A DNA stretch of 64,000 nt from Pavona decussata (lineage: Eukaryota): assembly GCA_977016875.1 (NCBI GenBank), contig CDRNST010000038.1, positions 2,852,001 through 2,916,000 of the forward strand. Reading direction: 5' to 3'. The notes beneath the pieces were generated by a model. The model was not told the origin of the DNA. It searched no databases and worked only from the letters and a program-made list of their open reading frames with translations. Of the stretch, positions 38,001 through 52,344 are shown in pieces. The position numbers were made by a program, and so were the translations under genes. How positions within the stretch are numbered: the stretch's first letter is position 1; every line of letters begins with the position of its first letter.

Positions 38001-40513
38001 CCTTTAGATAAGATCTAAATTATTTCTAATTACGTCTCAAAATAATAGACATCTTTCTGCAGCGTTGAAACCCCAAAACAAGATACTTGTTGACTGTCGA
38101 GTTTTTTTTGCATGCATCTATTGACTGTATTCTAATGCAGTGTTGTTTTGGACGGGCACTTTACAGTTTTAGCACCCACTCGCTCTTTCAAGGAAACTAA
38201 GAACCGTGTAATGTGGTTCAACGTCTCTTAATTCGTGGTTTAAATCCAGTAAAGTGCCCTGGGTAAAATAAAACCGTTGAACGAAAACTTCCAGCGGCAC
38301 TGAAGTTCCTTCCTGTGGCGATGCATCGTGGTTTTGATTCTGCCATTGGTTCCAAGCTGTACGTGAAGTTCTAACGTGTGACTATTCACATGTTCGAAAT
38401 TAAAACTATCGAGTAGCACGATTTTGTACTGAATTTGTATCCAGAATTTTCCATTTTAAAATGTAGGAATCACTTCTTTTAAAAAACACTCAGCAACAAA
38501 GTACTATACATTATACGACGCGTTTTCGTGATGCAAAGATCTCGGTTTTGTCGAAGAAATGTTATTTCCGCAGGAAACTTGGATGGCCGATAGCGAAAGC
38601 ATCATTTATTGAACCATCTTGTTGACGCGCTAGATCAGACTTGTGGGTTTTTTTTTTTGCATTAAATAATCCTAGCTGTGACTGCTGGCTGAAATACAAA
38701 AACCACATCACATGGAGAGTAAACAATTGCTCTCATTTTACAATTAGCGCAGAGCCTGTGAAAATATTTTCCTTCAGAGTAGAGCAAACAAAAACATTGC
38801 ATGGTGTGACATTTGCACTAAAGATATTACCTATCACGATTACCTATCATGCCTCGTTGAAAAAGCGTAAGAGCGGACACTGGTTGTTGGAACTTGCACC
38901 TCAACAATGGCAGCCGATTTGGAAATCCGATCAGGTGGGCAGTGCCAATACCTTTGTTCACAGTGTAGCCGCAAAATGACACGAAAGGTTTTGTGTTTTT
39001 TTCAGTTTCTCTCTTTTTTTTTATAAGTACTGCAGCGAGAATCACCGATATCTGTTTTCACATGACATTTTAACTTTAACGGCTTTTCGCAGAATCTGCA
39101 GCGGTTCTGCAAAGATACAGAGGGACTGATGCTGAATGCGGTAGGGCTGTTCCTATCTGTGAGGGTGGTATTGTCCCTTACAGACCATCTACGATTAGCA
39201 AATGGTCATATTAGCACTGGTTGCGTACACAGTCACTTATTATTGTATTAGACGTCCACTGATTTCAAAATCGGTCATCTGAAGGTTGACTAGGTCAAAA
39301 CTGGCGTCCAACGTATCCACTAACAATTCCGGCAGTTTACACAACTGAAAAAGAGAAATGATGAATATTGTTTCGTTCGTGTCAGGCCGCCTGTAATGAT
39401 GTTCTCCGCCCTTGGTGCAGGTCGAGACAGGTAGTGATCTCATTATCAGTTCCAGGAATAGAAATTTAAGCGGCCGGCTCCAGTAATTTCCATCTTTTGT
39501 AGCTCCAGATCAGTCGTGGAATTTTCGATACACCGCACAACATTTGAGTTCACGTAAATATGATTTCTATGTGGTGCTGCTCTGTAGTTCTAATATTGGC
39601 GGTGGTTTCCGTTTTTGTATGAAAGTCAGAGTGTTAAGGAAGCTCTAACTATTGGGTCTGCGGATAAAATCTTAAAGTGTGACCACTCACGTGAAAGGTA
39701 CTTGAGGCTTAGTTTCCCGCTGGGCTATTTATTGTACTTTATAAGTGCGGTGTTCCTGTGTTTGAGAAAGAGCTAACGAGACCATGCCTGTGAAAGGATT
39801 CATTTAGGCAGGCCTGGATGGGATTGCCTGGTAGCTGAGAAATGGTCAAAATTTTAACTGTCAGCTGAGAAATGGTGTTTTTAAAACTGACGCCTAGAAA
39901 AGTTACGAAAGACTGTTAGCTGAGATGTCTAAACTTTGCCTGAGTATGAATTTTACTTGCAAATAAATAACTTCCCAATAGCTGTGTAGTTAATGCCTAG
40001 AGTACAAGTTGCAGTAAGGCGGAACATGGCTCGGAGCTTCTCACAAGTTAGTCGTAAATTTAAGGTCGTTAGAAGATGATAAGCAGTGTTCATAACGGTT
40101 CGAAAGAGATCGGAATTACTCGAACGCTCTTCGGAATTCGTGTATGGTTGGCTAACGAGAAAGACACAGTGGATACGATAAAAAAAAAACGCACAAACAA
40201 GTGACCGAAAGTTAACTGAGATCCGGATAAATAAACGGATAGCTGACAAATGGCTTAAAATTTTAGCTGATCAATGAGAATCCAGCACCCCCCTCCCCCC
40301 CCAGACAGACCCTCATTTAGGGATAAGAGAGTCACTCGCAAAATAATTTAGTGATAAGGGAGAACGACGACTTATTTTCAGAGACGACTCTATAAACCTA
40401 GTTTAACAACCTTGCAAATTTAATAAGGAACAAAAGTCCTTAGAATTGTAGACATGAGGGGTAACACCCCTGTCCGGCCCGAACGGGCCTCGCCATGACC
40501 TCTCAATACTTAC

Positions 40514-40553
40514 GGCCCGGCCCGGCCCGGCCCGGCCCGGCCCGGCCCGACCG
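40514..40553. repeat. (GGCCC)n pentamer repeat, probably transposon subterminal
   Basis: direct reading. Confidence 0.85.
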
Positions 40554-42956
40554 GCGCCCGACGCTCTGTTATTTTCGTTTTTCGAAAGAAGTTAACTAAA
40601 TTTCAAATTTTCTTTAATAAAATTAATTAGAATGAAACGAGTAGGGATAAAAGCCGGCCGGTGAGAATTGCCGAAGACTTTAGCCGCGCGCCTACTTCGT
40701 GCAAACAGTGATCAGCTTAGTGGCGGCCGGGAAAGTCGGCTGAATTTGCAGACTAAGTTAGAACGAAAATTAAATTGAGCAAAAATCCTCAGCTTTTGGT
40801 TAGATTAGGAAACGACTTACATGGCCCACAATGGCGGCATTTTCGGTTCAATGTTGCTTTTCTTAGTTTTTCTTTGATTCCATGCCGTGCTCGGTACCAC
40901 AGCTAAAAAGCCGCCTACCCATTGCTCAAAAATCTCAGCTTCTAGCTACGTCATACTACCTTTGATTGCCTTCCGTTCAGTGCCAATCGGCTGCATTAAC
41001 CGCACGTTCAAGTGAGAGTCGACAATACAGAGCTGTGAACGCTTCGGTTTGGCTAATTTACGAGAAACCGAGCTTCTAACAAACTTTACTGATTTATAAC
41101 CCGAAATATTTCGAGTCTGTGTATTGTAAAAATTCGCCAAATTCCGTGGTAGATGGTGCCGACAAGCGGAACCCTCCACCACTCTTTTATAGCACCAAAA
41201 GTTCACCACAAGGTCGTCAAAGGTCCTTTCTTCGCAACTAGGCGACACCGCATCTAAAACCGCATGAGCCTACAAGCTATTTTACAGCAAGCTTATCTTT
41301 CGTCTTTCGCGTAAGCCTCGCAAACAGATTTTTTTTATCGCCGCACCATCCGACCCAAGTTACCGGTATTTTTCAGTCAATACAGATTTTTAAATCAGGG
41401 ATTTTGAGGCATTAATCTGAAAATCCTGTATTTTGACGAATTGTGAGACCTTTGTCGGTAGATGGGTATCTGGGCAGTTTTGGGCGCAGCTGAGCTGAAC
41501 ACCCAGTTATCGATAACGATAAAGAAGATGAGCTTCTTTGGAACCATTTCAGGTCTTTTCAATGTTTTTCGAGTTTGCGTGTTTTCTATAAATAATGTTT
41601 CTGGATTAATACTATCGATAATGAATGTTCTTTGTTGGTCTAACTTCGCTTTTTTTAGCTATATATTTACCTTTTTTCGATATCCTGTTTGGTAAATTTT
41701 GTTTTGATAACGAAAAAGGTTTCCGTTCCATAAATGCGAGCTATTACACATTTTGTTTGTGAATCCAAGTAGCCTCAATTAACTGCAAGTGGAATTAAGA
41801 ATTGTTATAAGGTCAAATTTTGTCCTACAACACAAACCACCTTTGTTTGATACAGTCAAACCAACGCAAGAAAGACAACCTAAAAAGGGGTAGAACTAGT
41901 GCCCGCATTATGTGAGTGAAAGTCTCACGGAGGGAGAATTTTTATGAATTTTGTCCTCTCTTGGAGCAGGTAAAATGACATGAGATGTGTACGAATTGTG
42001 GATGTGTCGTTATCATGTGATAATTAGAAAACTAAAGCCGGCTGCAGTAACAGGCTTGTTGAGCAAAAACAAACGCATTGCAAGTGCGTTTTAAATTTTA
42101 GTACATTTCTTTACCTTTATCTGGAAAACAACCTAAATTAAATGTGAACACTCGACGGCGACCGTGAATTTTTGTTTCTCTTCTTCTACAAAATTAATTT
42201 CTTGGGTAGCCTTGTTCACCATGGAATAAACGCGTTTTCCAGCTATAGGTAACTAAAGCAAAGAATATTTATTATTTTAAGTGACGTTTTCGTTGGATTT
42301 AAATGAGCTAAACCACAGTAAAGGTTTCTGTAAGAAGAACTTCAATTGAACGTCTTTGAAATAATTTTAGAAATAATTTCGTTTATTTTTTTGTCTTATA
42401 AAGCACTAAAATATCTTTAAAAGTACAACTTGAGATGTATCATTGATTACGATTGAGGGAAACTGGATTGCAACTGGAACGAAAAAAAAACCGTCGACTC
42501 AAAGAGATTTTGATTAAGTTTATCGGGGCGGTATTAATCCTAAAACTGATTTGTAAACAAGTTGAGCAATACACCGGACGTTCCGTAAAAACTAGATCAG
42601 AATTAGTCCTTGTCCTTAAAGAATTATCACCTTAGAATATTGCTAAAAAAAATGTTAATTTTATTTTGTAGTCGATAGATGACAAAGCCAATTATAGCCG
42701 AAGATAGCAGAAGTTAAACCCGAAGCGCGCGGTCATTTGTAAGTCATTTTCCTTCGTGACCGAAGCGAAAATTTCTCAGCGCCACACAAAAAAACCCTGA
42801 AAAGGGAACTTTTTATCACTATTTTCGATATGCATATGTTTCAAAGCCTTTCCCTTCTTCGACTTCAACAAAATCAGGTGGGACTTTGCATATTCAAGTA
42901 AATTCTGTCCTTGGACAGGTAAAATTTGAAAATTAATTGAATTGTTGTTCTTCTCG

Positions 42957-42998
42957 TCTTCTTCTTCTTCTTCTTCTTCTTCTTCTTCTTCTTCTTCT
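42957..42998. repeat. (CTT)n microsatellite
   Basis: direct reading. Confidence 0.95.
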
Positions 42999-45119
42999 GC
43001 TTAAAATTACTTTCTATATTTTTGTGTTCGAAGGGACGTTTCACCTTCCCTCCCTTCATCCTTGTTTCCTCGTTAAAGAGGCTTCTTTCTTGCTAACTAT
43101 ACAATAAAGATTGCTGAGGGCACCATTCTACATGAACAAATATTTCATTTATTTGTAATCACTCAAACAAAATAAACAGCTTTACTATCGTGCTGGTTTC
43201 CTAAGCATCTCTAGAGTGTTTATAACTGTTTGCCTTCATGTCCGCACGTCTGGCTCGCAAATACCAAACCTCTGTCATTAATCTTTTCTGTTTGCTTGCA
43301 CTTCTGTTCGTTGTTTCCGACCAGCTCATCTACAGGGTGACGAATGCACAACTTCTCCTTCACTTTCCCGTCAAAATTCCGTAGCAATCTAAAACGCATT
43401 CCCCTAAGAATTACAAGCAAAGGAATTCCAGCTTCGTTATCGATACATGACTAGGGTAATAAGAGGCTTAAGGTTAGGTCTTCCGGCTTCTCAATTGACC
43501 TTGACAAATAAACAGTGAATCTAACCAAAGAGCCGAAAGCTTCGAGAAGTGTGAGCCTGAGATGCCACAGATTTGCGTAAAAAAGCGACTGGCATACTCA
43601 GCTACTCGAGTGCTGGCCAAATTGGAAAAAGTGTGAATTCTTCCATCAATTCTAAATTTTATTATTTATTTCCCTTGGGGTGGGTAGAACGGGGAAAAGT
43701 ATACCATCCCTGTGATCAACCCGTGATCATATACAAGCTATACACCAAAGGTATATGCCGGAATGGAATGGAATGTTTTGCAAACTCAGCCCTAAAACAA
43801 CTAAATTGTCGTTTAATTTTCTCAGTTTCCTTGTAATTTACTCACGAAACCTCAAGCTTTGCTCTTAAAAACCCCAGTGTACTCATTTGGTTTAAAACAG
43901 TAAGTGAACCCGGTCTACAACAGGGCAGGATCTTTAGCTCACTCACTCCAAATTCCCAAGGAGTATGCAACAACCCCACTCTCTCAGTCCCACCAGCCCC
44001 ACCCCCGACCCCCTTCCCGCGGCTCGGAACGTCGGCACATATAATTACATATGGGTGGTCTTTCGAAAGATGCCATCAAAGAGACTTTACACAGGCTTAT
44101 TCTGTCGAAAGAAACCGGTCACCACCGATCATTGGCGGTAGTCTCTTTTCAAATTTACCATTTCACGATTTGTGATTGCGGTTAGAATAATGCGCCTCTT
44201 TATTGGCTTTTGTTTGAAAAAAATAACTTTACTTGATTACAACATTTCCGCTTGTTTATAAGTCTTTAAGCCTCCCAGTAAATGCCTCCGCGTTTCTTTT
44301 TGTAATCCTACCTTGTTATCTGCAAACAGAAGAAAATGATGGTTCGGTTCCATTTTTCTATCACAGCTGAGAGCGTTTGGACATTTCAGAATTGATACTT
44401 GATCGGGACCCATGTTAACTAACATTACAATAATATAGTCCCGCATTTTTCCATAAGGGGAAAACGGAGGGAGGGGGTGTAAAAAGCCCCTCGGAATTTT
44501 GTGTGGGCTTAGTTCACACCCTAGCCCTGACAGACTCTCTGCGGGGGCTCCCGGCCCATCCTACCCCCACTCGTCTGGGATCCTTTCTCTCGTGCCCAAA
44601 GCTTCTTTAGGCACCATTTCCGCCGCTCCCTCTGGGGCCTTAGATTTCTCTGATGTAGTTGCAAGTGGGAAGCCAATTCCCAAATGAACGTTCGCGGGTC
44701 AGTGTTGCGCAACTGGTTCGCCTGCCTCATTCGCTTCTCTCTCGACAACTTCCGTTACAAGGTATTAACTTCCTGTCGTTATAATAGCTATATTTACTAA
44801 CTCGCATTTCATTTTTTACACATACTTGCGTGAGCGTAGGACGAACATACTGTTTTGTTGATGATGCAGAATTATTCAGCGTGACTCAGTATGATTTAAG
44901 GCTCAGTTGTGTAAACTCCTTTACCTGTAAAGGCTGTTACTATAGAAATTTACGTCAAGGTATAAACCGTTAATTTCTCTGTAATTACGAAACTTTTGGA
45001 TGTAAGGGACCAGACGACGCAAAAAAAACTGTTCTGAAAACGTTCCGTTGCCGGATCTCTCGTAGTAGAAATGCGCGTGCCAGACATCACTAATGACGTG
45101 TAAATAAACCAAACTTTTT

Positions 45120-45325
45120 AATTTTATAGCTGTTACTTTTTAACCTGTATATGCATCTTATGTACTGTTTTATACGCTACGTCGTGTACACTAGTTAACC
45201 ATTAACCGTTTATGTTTACGTTCAAATTTAAACTTTTAAGGGCCGTTAGTTTTTCTCATTGTAACTCTGACCCTGAAGAAGACTAGTTGTACTAGTTGAA
45301 ATATTGGCCCAAACAAATAAGCCCT
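45120..45325 (+). mobile_element. Penelope-like element 3' terminal remnant with minimal hammerhead-like motif
   Basis: T-rich tract, then CTGAAGA-A-GACTAGT(TGT)ACTAGTT-GAAA-TATT-GG. Confidence 0.5.
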
Positions 45326-45604
45326 TTGCCGTAGTGTCAGCCCTGCAATCAGTTTGGTTTCTCTGTAAGATATGCGGTAAATATAGATCGATATCATATT
45401 TGATCTAAGTAAGGTTATCGAATGTCGTAGATGTAGTCGTCGTCGCTGTCGTCGTTGTAGCCTACGGTACCTTTTCTTAATTTTCGCCGATAATCCACTT
45501 CAGCTAGTTCCTGGTTTTTTCTAATACAAAAGTTCCAACTGCAATGAGAATCGCAGACCAAAAATGGGACTAAACCGATTTCAATATCCCCACAAGCGAG
45601 AAAA

Positions 45605-46015
45605 GAGTAGATAAGATAGAGATAGATAGATAAGTTTATTGAAATAATTGAATCGCAGCCAAAGGCTGAATTGCATAACTATATACAAGAAATATTAAAA
45701 AAGACTTATATACAAAGCCCGTTAGTCTGAACCCTCTCAAGGTCTTCACAGGGGTAATCTTGAAGGTTGTGATGGAACACTTGAGCGCGATACTCAAGAA
45801 CCGGTCGTATAACCATGCAGTAAAATTTACTCAGACTTTCGGCCCCAAAATCAGCCCTTCTCAGTTGGACCAGGAAATAGAGTCTCTTGTTGGCCTTTTT
45901 AATAGCTTCCTCTACGTGGTCATTCCACTTAAGATCGTTCGAGATGGTGACGCCGAGGATTTTTGCGTTCTCAACCACGGACAGATCTTTGCCATTAATC
46001 AAGACTGGATCGTAG
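45605..46015 (-). mobile_element. 5'-truncated non-LTR retrotransposon (LINE, CR1/L2-group-like RT C-terminus)
   Basis: KILGVTISNDLKWNDHVEEAIKKANKRLYFLVQLRR..FYCMVIRPVLEY..DLERVQ; followed on the minus strand by AATAAA and a (TATC)-type tail. Confidence 0.85.
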
Positions 46016-46400
46016 AACACGAACACGAACACGAATGTCTCGTTCAGTATACTCATAGACTGCTTTGAGTTCCTTTTCTCCTAATGAGGGTATGAACGAG
46101 AAGAGATTGGGGCGAGAAGAGTCTCTTCTCGCGCGCCGATCTCGTCTGATCCCAATCCTCCTCGTCCCAATCTTTCGCTGCGTGTTACCACAACACAAAC
46201 TTTGAGAGAGAAACAGACTGCAAGCAGTCTAGTACTGTTTATTCAAAATTTGAATTAAACTGATTGCGCTTGCGGACTTTTTCAGGTACCAATTAGTGAA
46301 CTTTGTAAGAAGTTATGATTAGAGAGTTGGTGTGGATTATATTTTTACTTGAGGTTAACTTAATTAATTTAGATACACGGTGATACAGGGCTCCATTTAA

Positions 46401-48155
46401 GGGACCGTTCATTTTTTATGAGCATGGGGGGGCTGGTGGGATTTGGTTAATTGCCACTACGAAACTGTATGATCCCCCCCTAGCATGCAATTTTTTTCCA
46501 CATGGCCCCCCCCTAGCAGAACTATTTTTTTCTGATGACCCCCCCCCCCTCCCGCCCAATCAGAAACAAATCATACTCCTAACTTTAACAAAACGCTTAT
46601 GTACTGTTTATATCAAAGATAAACGTAATTGTTACTGTGATTTCTTTACAGTACTATTAACAAGTAACCGTTCTCTACTTAGGTAAAGATTTCTCTTGTT
46701 TAAAAAAACGTTTTATAGATAGCAACACGTTTACGGCAACGACAAACCCTAATTTCCATTTAGATTCTCAAAGAAACTATAAAAATTAATCAAGCAAATG
46801 GTTAACGTGAAATTACTCCCCTTCGAGTAGAAACAATTAATACACGTACAGATCTGACTAACAAAATACGGATCGAAGCATACCAATCAACGATTACGAG
46901 TCATATTAAACAGAAAAAAACAGCGGACGCACAGATATCAGTCGCGTAGGTAAGGGTTAGATAGGGGTGTTCGTTGAGCCCCAAATCTTGCTTACTAGGG
47001 GGGTCCAGGGGCATGCTCCCCCGGAAATTTTTGAAAATCTAGGTTCCCAGAAACCTCATTTCCTGCATTTTGAGACCCATTTTAGGCAAATCACAAATTT
47101 GTTTTACAGCAGCTTTTTGAGCTACATACATCATTCCTACGGCATAATTGTTTCAACTTAAACAAGAAAGTTCAATGTACATTCCGCGCCCTGTCGAGTT
47201 CTGATAGCTATTCGATCTACTGATAGTCATACACCAAGCTGGTAAACTGCATCATTCTCGGGTGTAGGCCTTCGAACAAATTGACTATCTCGTCAAAATT
47301 GACAGGCATATCATATTTGACATGCATTAGAACCAGGGCAGACATTCTACTCTCTCGCATGGTACACCTCATGTAATTGTTCAACCTCCTCATTAAGTGC
47401 TTTCTCTTCCGCCATTACTGATCTGTAAAGGGGGTTCGTTCGAACCCCTCGAACCCCCCCTCTTACGCGCCTGGATATTAAAGTACTGCTATTAAAAATG
47501 ACAGTTACAAGCTTTTCTGAAGATGGCTTACGGCTCAGATTTACCGTCAACTGAAGTCACCAACAACAGTTCTATTATTAAAACTAATCTGGATGTCCAC
47601 ACTAGGCATACTACTGAGTCTACTGATACTCCTGGGTTCAAATAATTTACTAATCAACAGTCTTTATAAAAGTGAGTACTATTAAAAAGAACATTAAACA
47701 ATCTATTGATATAGTTCAGAGTACAACCACTTTGTAGAAAACTACTCCCCCAAGGATGATTCAATAGTGAGACTGATACGTTTTTATATTAATTTGAACT
47801 TGTACAAACATAGGTGTCTACCTCAGTTTATATTCATTATTGCTTTTCCAACGGATATGTTTCATTTCCTCAGTTGTTGTTAATATAAAATGCAGATTTC
47901 GACCTCAGTATGTAAAACAAATTAAAAGTGGTTAGGAAAATCGCATTAAATAAAATTGAAATAATATTCAATTTCTTCATCTGTTTCTGTGTTGAGCCAC
48001 TTTCAATTTCCCCTACTAGCCAATTATTTCTGGTGACCCCCCCCTCTTTCACTCATTTTTTTTTGGTAGCCCCCCCCTTTAGTGCCATTTTTTTTTTCGT
48101 GGCCCCCCCCTAAATCCCACCAGCCCCCCCATGCTCATAAAAAATGAACGGTCCC
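46401..48155. mobile_element. Non-autonomous PIF/Harbinger-type element, TAA TSD
   Basis: TAA-GGGACCGTTCATTTTTTATGAGCATGGGGGGGCTGGTGGGATTT ... inverse copy -TAA; about 44-bp TIR. Confidence 0.9.
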
Positions 48156-48201
48156 TAACCGAATTGGAAATTTCCTGTTAAAATATTTGGTCCAGTTAAA
48201 T

Positions 48202-48341
48202 NNNNNNNNNNNNNNNNNNNNNNNNNNNNNNNNNNNNNNNNNNNNNNNNNNNNNNNNNNNNNNNNNNNNNNNNNNNNNNNNNNNNNNNNNNNNNNNNNNN
48301 NNNNNNNNNNNNNNNNNNNNNNNNNNNNNNNNNNNNNNNNN
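48202..48341. other. Assembly gap (140 N)
   Basis: N run. Confidence 1.
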
Positions 48342-49107
48342 AGGTGATTTTTGGTCTCGAGATCCCAGTCTCTAACAGCCTACAACTGCAGTCGAGCATT
48401 ATAGTCGGCATTTTGGTATATTCCTGACCTGTTTTCGTGATTGTCTGTGATCTTTTAGACGTTAACAACGTCATTAAGTTTTGGACGCCATTCTAACTGG
48501 ATTTGTCTTCAATTAATTCAGGAATTACTGAAACTCACGAGATGGCTGAAGCATAAATTGGATTTTGTCTATAATTTTGCCCGGCTTGATTTATTGATGA
48601 GCTGTTTGAAAGTGTTAACAGAGTGCTTTCAGTTCTTTAATCACCAAAATGAGAAAAAAAATGAGAGTTCAATGTGTTAACTCATCTCAGGACAAAGTAG
48701 CCAGTTCATTTAAACCCAAATACGGATATCTTAATATAAATGCACACTCAACTGCGCTAACCTCGAGGGCCAAGGTGGCCAAACATCTTTTATTTTTGTC
48801 AATAACACGGTGGAGATTCTTTTGTTAGAAGTCATAATATAAGAAATCATTCTTGAACACCAACGACAAATATTCGTCAAAGATTTCGTTACTCATCCAA
48901 GTGGTTTTCTCAATGGCCCCTCACCACCTGAAATTAATAATAATTTCTTTCATTGTTTTATTGTTATTATATTTCTTTCACCCTTTCTCTCCACGGAAAG
49001 GAACGTACTGTAAAATTCTCTAAGATGTAAGAGGTCGTTCTAATCTCTAGCTAGTGATTGTAGATTAAGTCCACTGATTCAAGCCATACGAACATCAACT
49101 TTATTTC

Positions 49108-49351
49108 AATAGGCCATTTTACAGTTGTGTGCTTAGAGACATGGCGTTGAATTGGAAGCGAGGCTGGGGGTGACCTTGTTTTGATACAAACCTCACTGCT
49201 TTTCATATGTAGATTATGCTGTTTTTATGCTAACTAGTTTGCATTTACATATGAAAAGCAATGAGGTCCGTGTATCAAAACAAGGTCACTCCCAGCCTCG
49301 CTTCCAATCCAAGGCCAGGTCACTAAACACACAACTGTAAAATGGCCTATT
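49108..49351. mobile_element. Foldback MITE
   Basis: aataggccattttacagttgtgtg ... cacacaactgtaaaatggcctatt; long internal palindrome. Confidence 0.9.
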
Positions 49352-51282
49352 CTAATTTCAGAATAGCACACAGGATGCTATTATCTTCAAATGTGAAAAA
49401 AGAAAGAAAAGAGAAACAATTAACAATAATATCTACACGATTAAGTATCTAAGAATTTTATAAAATGAAGAAATAAACTCTAAGAAGTGATTGACCGTGT
49501 TTAAGTGTGACCTGATTTCAAATGAAGCTTCTGGGCGCTACTGACTTTCCTTGGATAATGTTTACTATACTGTCAGATAAATATGGTGATTATAACTTTT
49601 TAACTTAGCTGTGGATAAAATCTAAAAGGGATACTGTAGAAGTATTATGGATGAGATAAACTGGACGCCGTTGTATTGAACACAACTTTAGTTGAAAGGT
49701 CAACTGCATGATTTGGTACAAGATGGCGGAACCACGGCTAGAACCAGTCCCTTGGCGAGTGGCCGCTTGAACTGAAACAGTTACTGAGCAGTACTTCTCT
49801 GTTGCATTGTTTATTCGGCTGGACACGGGGCTGTAACTTTTCAGTCCGTAGACGAAATCCTAGAGTTTGACTATTTGGATCACAAATTAACGTTATCTTA
49901 AATAGGAAAGGCGAAATACGCCCTTTCCCCCAACTAGGCAAAATATGGTGGCTATTTTACCTCCAATCAGACTTACCATGTTACTTGAGAAAGATAATCA
50001 AAGTTGACATAAGCGGGTTTGGGGAAACCAAGGCAAATAATATAAATGCATTTCTGTGGTTAAGCTTATTACTTAGCAATTTAATAAAAAATAATCTCAA
50101 GTTAAGCAGGATCATGTTTGCAAATGGAACGAAGATAAAAAAAAAAGTGATGTAGAATTAATTGTATTTTTGTGTGGCAATGATATAAAAAACAAGAGAC
50201 TGTGGTTGTCTGTTCTCACGGCAGCTTACTGAGCCACAAGATGAACTGTTATGTATTTTTGTGCCTTGTGACAAGGAGAAACGCAGGCCAATTTTGGTCG
50301 AACAAGGAGGATAAAGGAGATTTTCGATAAAGCGAGGACCAACGACGAGCTAAACCGAGATTCTTTACTAAACCCTCTCATGATTCCTAGTCCGGGATTC
50401 TCAGTAACTCAGCCCCATAGATGGGAGGCGAGTGCTCTCACCTTGGCCCAATAATCCTTCTACTATATCTATTTTACTGTTCAAAGCCTTATTGATACAC
50501 GGGACTTCAGATGAGAGAGCCTTTTATATATGGTAATTGTTATTGAAACCTCCCAACGGAGCAATTTTTATCACTAGCTTTTACTAATGAAAAGAAAAAC
50601 TTCACAGCTGGCACTATTGATTGAAATACGCGAATTGTTTTGGAAGTAAATAGAGCCAAGTAACAGGAAGTTTTTACAGGGCGGATTAAGGTGTTGGTCA
50701 TTTTTTGTGGGATTTATATTTGTTTTGTTGTTTTTATAACGTATTTTAAGCTTTGTATGGGCTAAGATTGGCTACGATAGACGCCATAAATCGCACTGAT
50801 ATTTCCGGCAATCTCATCAGTACCAAAAACAAGAGAACATACTAAAAATACATTGGCAAGGAATTAAATATACATTGAAACGGCCAATTTAAGGCATCGA
50901 CCTTTGATTCTGTTGTCAAATCAAAAAAGACTGGTGACAGCCACCTTTCTGGATAGTTGAGCGAGAGCCGCCCTATAAAAAAAGAGCGATTCTGAAATGC
51001 GCAAACAACGAGAAGGGATTGGAGACATATCTCCGTCCGCCCGTTCGGTTCAGTTTGGTTATTTCTCTTGTCAGCTCGACCATTTCGAAAGGGCCTGTGA
51101 ACACTGATCAATAGTTATAGCTTCTACATAATACTTTTTCTGCGGGCTACTAGTTCAGTTTTGTTCGAGGCGGACCCAGCGTCTGAGGTCGTATTGATAG
51201 TCTTAGTGATCCTTAGTCGGCCGGTTTCAACCTTCAAATTAAACCTACTATTAGGCATTTGCTTGACAAAAAACGTAGAGGC

Positions 51283-51714
51283 CCGGGGGGTACTCCAAAA
51301 AATATTGGATAGGGGTGTACGGCCAAAACCCTTACCCTATTTATGACCCAAATCTGCGATTTTCCCTACCCTATTTATGTCTTGACCAAAAATTTGATAC
51401 CCTATTTATGACCTGATAGTGTCTGGTCAACTTCAGTTCAAAACTCCCTGGAGCCCAGCGCGTGACCAGAGCGCGCGTGACAAGCCGTTGCGGCACGTAC
51501 ACAGTTGCCGTAAACATCATGATGAAAAAAAAAAAAAAAAAAGGAATTCAAGACTAGAGTGCAAAAATCGATACCCTATTTATTATCAAAATGACGGCAA
51601 AACGGCTAAAATCGATACCCTATTTATGACCAAAGCGGCTGAAAAACCAAACCCTTTGGCGTCGCACATACCTATATAGCTCATATAAGGGAGTATCCCC
51701 CCCCCCCCCCCGGG
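51283..51714. mobile_element. MITE with CCCGGGG termini
   Basis: cccggggggtactcc ... ggagtatc(c)nggg; internal taccctatttat repeats. Confidence 0.8.
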
Positions 51715-52344
51715 CGTAGAGGTAACGGGAATCTTCTAGCAATCAACTTTATTTGCTCTGCCAACTTGCTCTTCTTTTGCACACTTACAACTGAACGAAA
51801 GGGGTTGTAAGCACGAGTGACATTTGATGTCATGTACGCTGTCAATCTAACCAGGGAACAGGGAATTGTGGACGAAAGCCTGACTGATCTATAGTCAAGC
51901 CCACCTAGCTAGAAAGACTCATTCCTAGAAGGCATGGCTGACGGAAGGATATCCTTAAACCGCCATGTTCCTTACTAGTGCATGACATGTTCTTCAGTTC
52001 TTCGATTCCAAGTACGACTATTAGGACTATAGTTATAAACTCACGGCTCCTAGTATGGTAACTAGTAACTATTAAGTACTTACTTCAGAGCTTATAGCCT
52101 TACTTAATACTGTGCTGTAACGGCATGTCTGTAACTCTACCTGAACTAGGAACAGATGGTTCGCACAAGCGATAAACAATACGGTTTATAAAAACACACC
52201 AAAGGAGAGAAAACAACACAAATGGGGTAACTAGAAATAGATTAAAGGCTAAGCAATAAGATTAACAGTATAGTTAAGTGTTCTTCTTAACCTCAACCTT
52301 CAAGGAGATCTTGGCCAAGGTTAAAGGAGTGGCAAACCTATCTA

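Noticed and set aside
28648-44748. Intergenic ORFs of 60-112 aa (e.g. 28648, 33217, 37216, 38641, 40946)
   Set aside because: No motifs or phase-consistent exon chains; lengths are those expected by chance or from TE debris.
51890-52150. Cluster of p53-like CWWG half-sites
   Set aside because: All have mismatches and none form a proper paired site.
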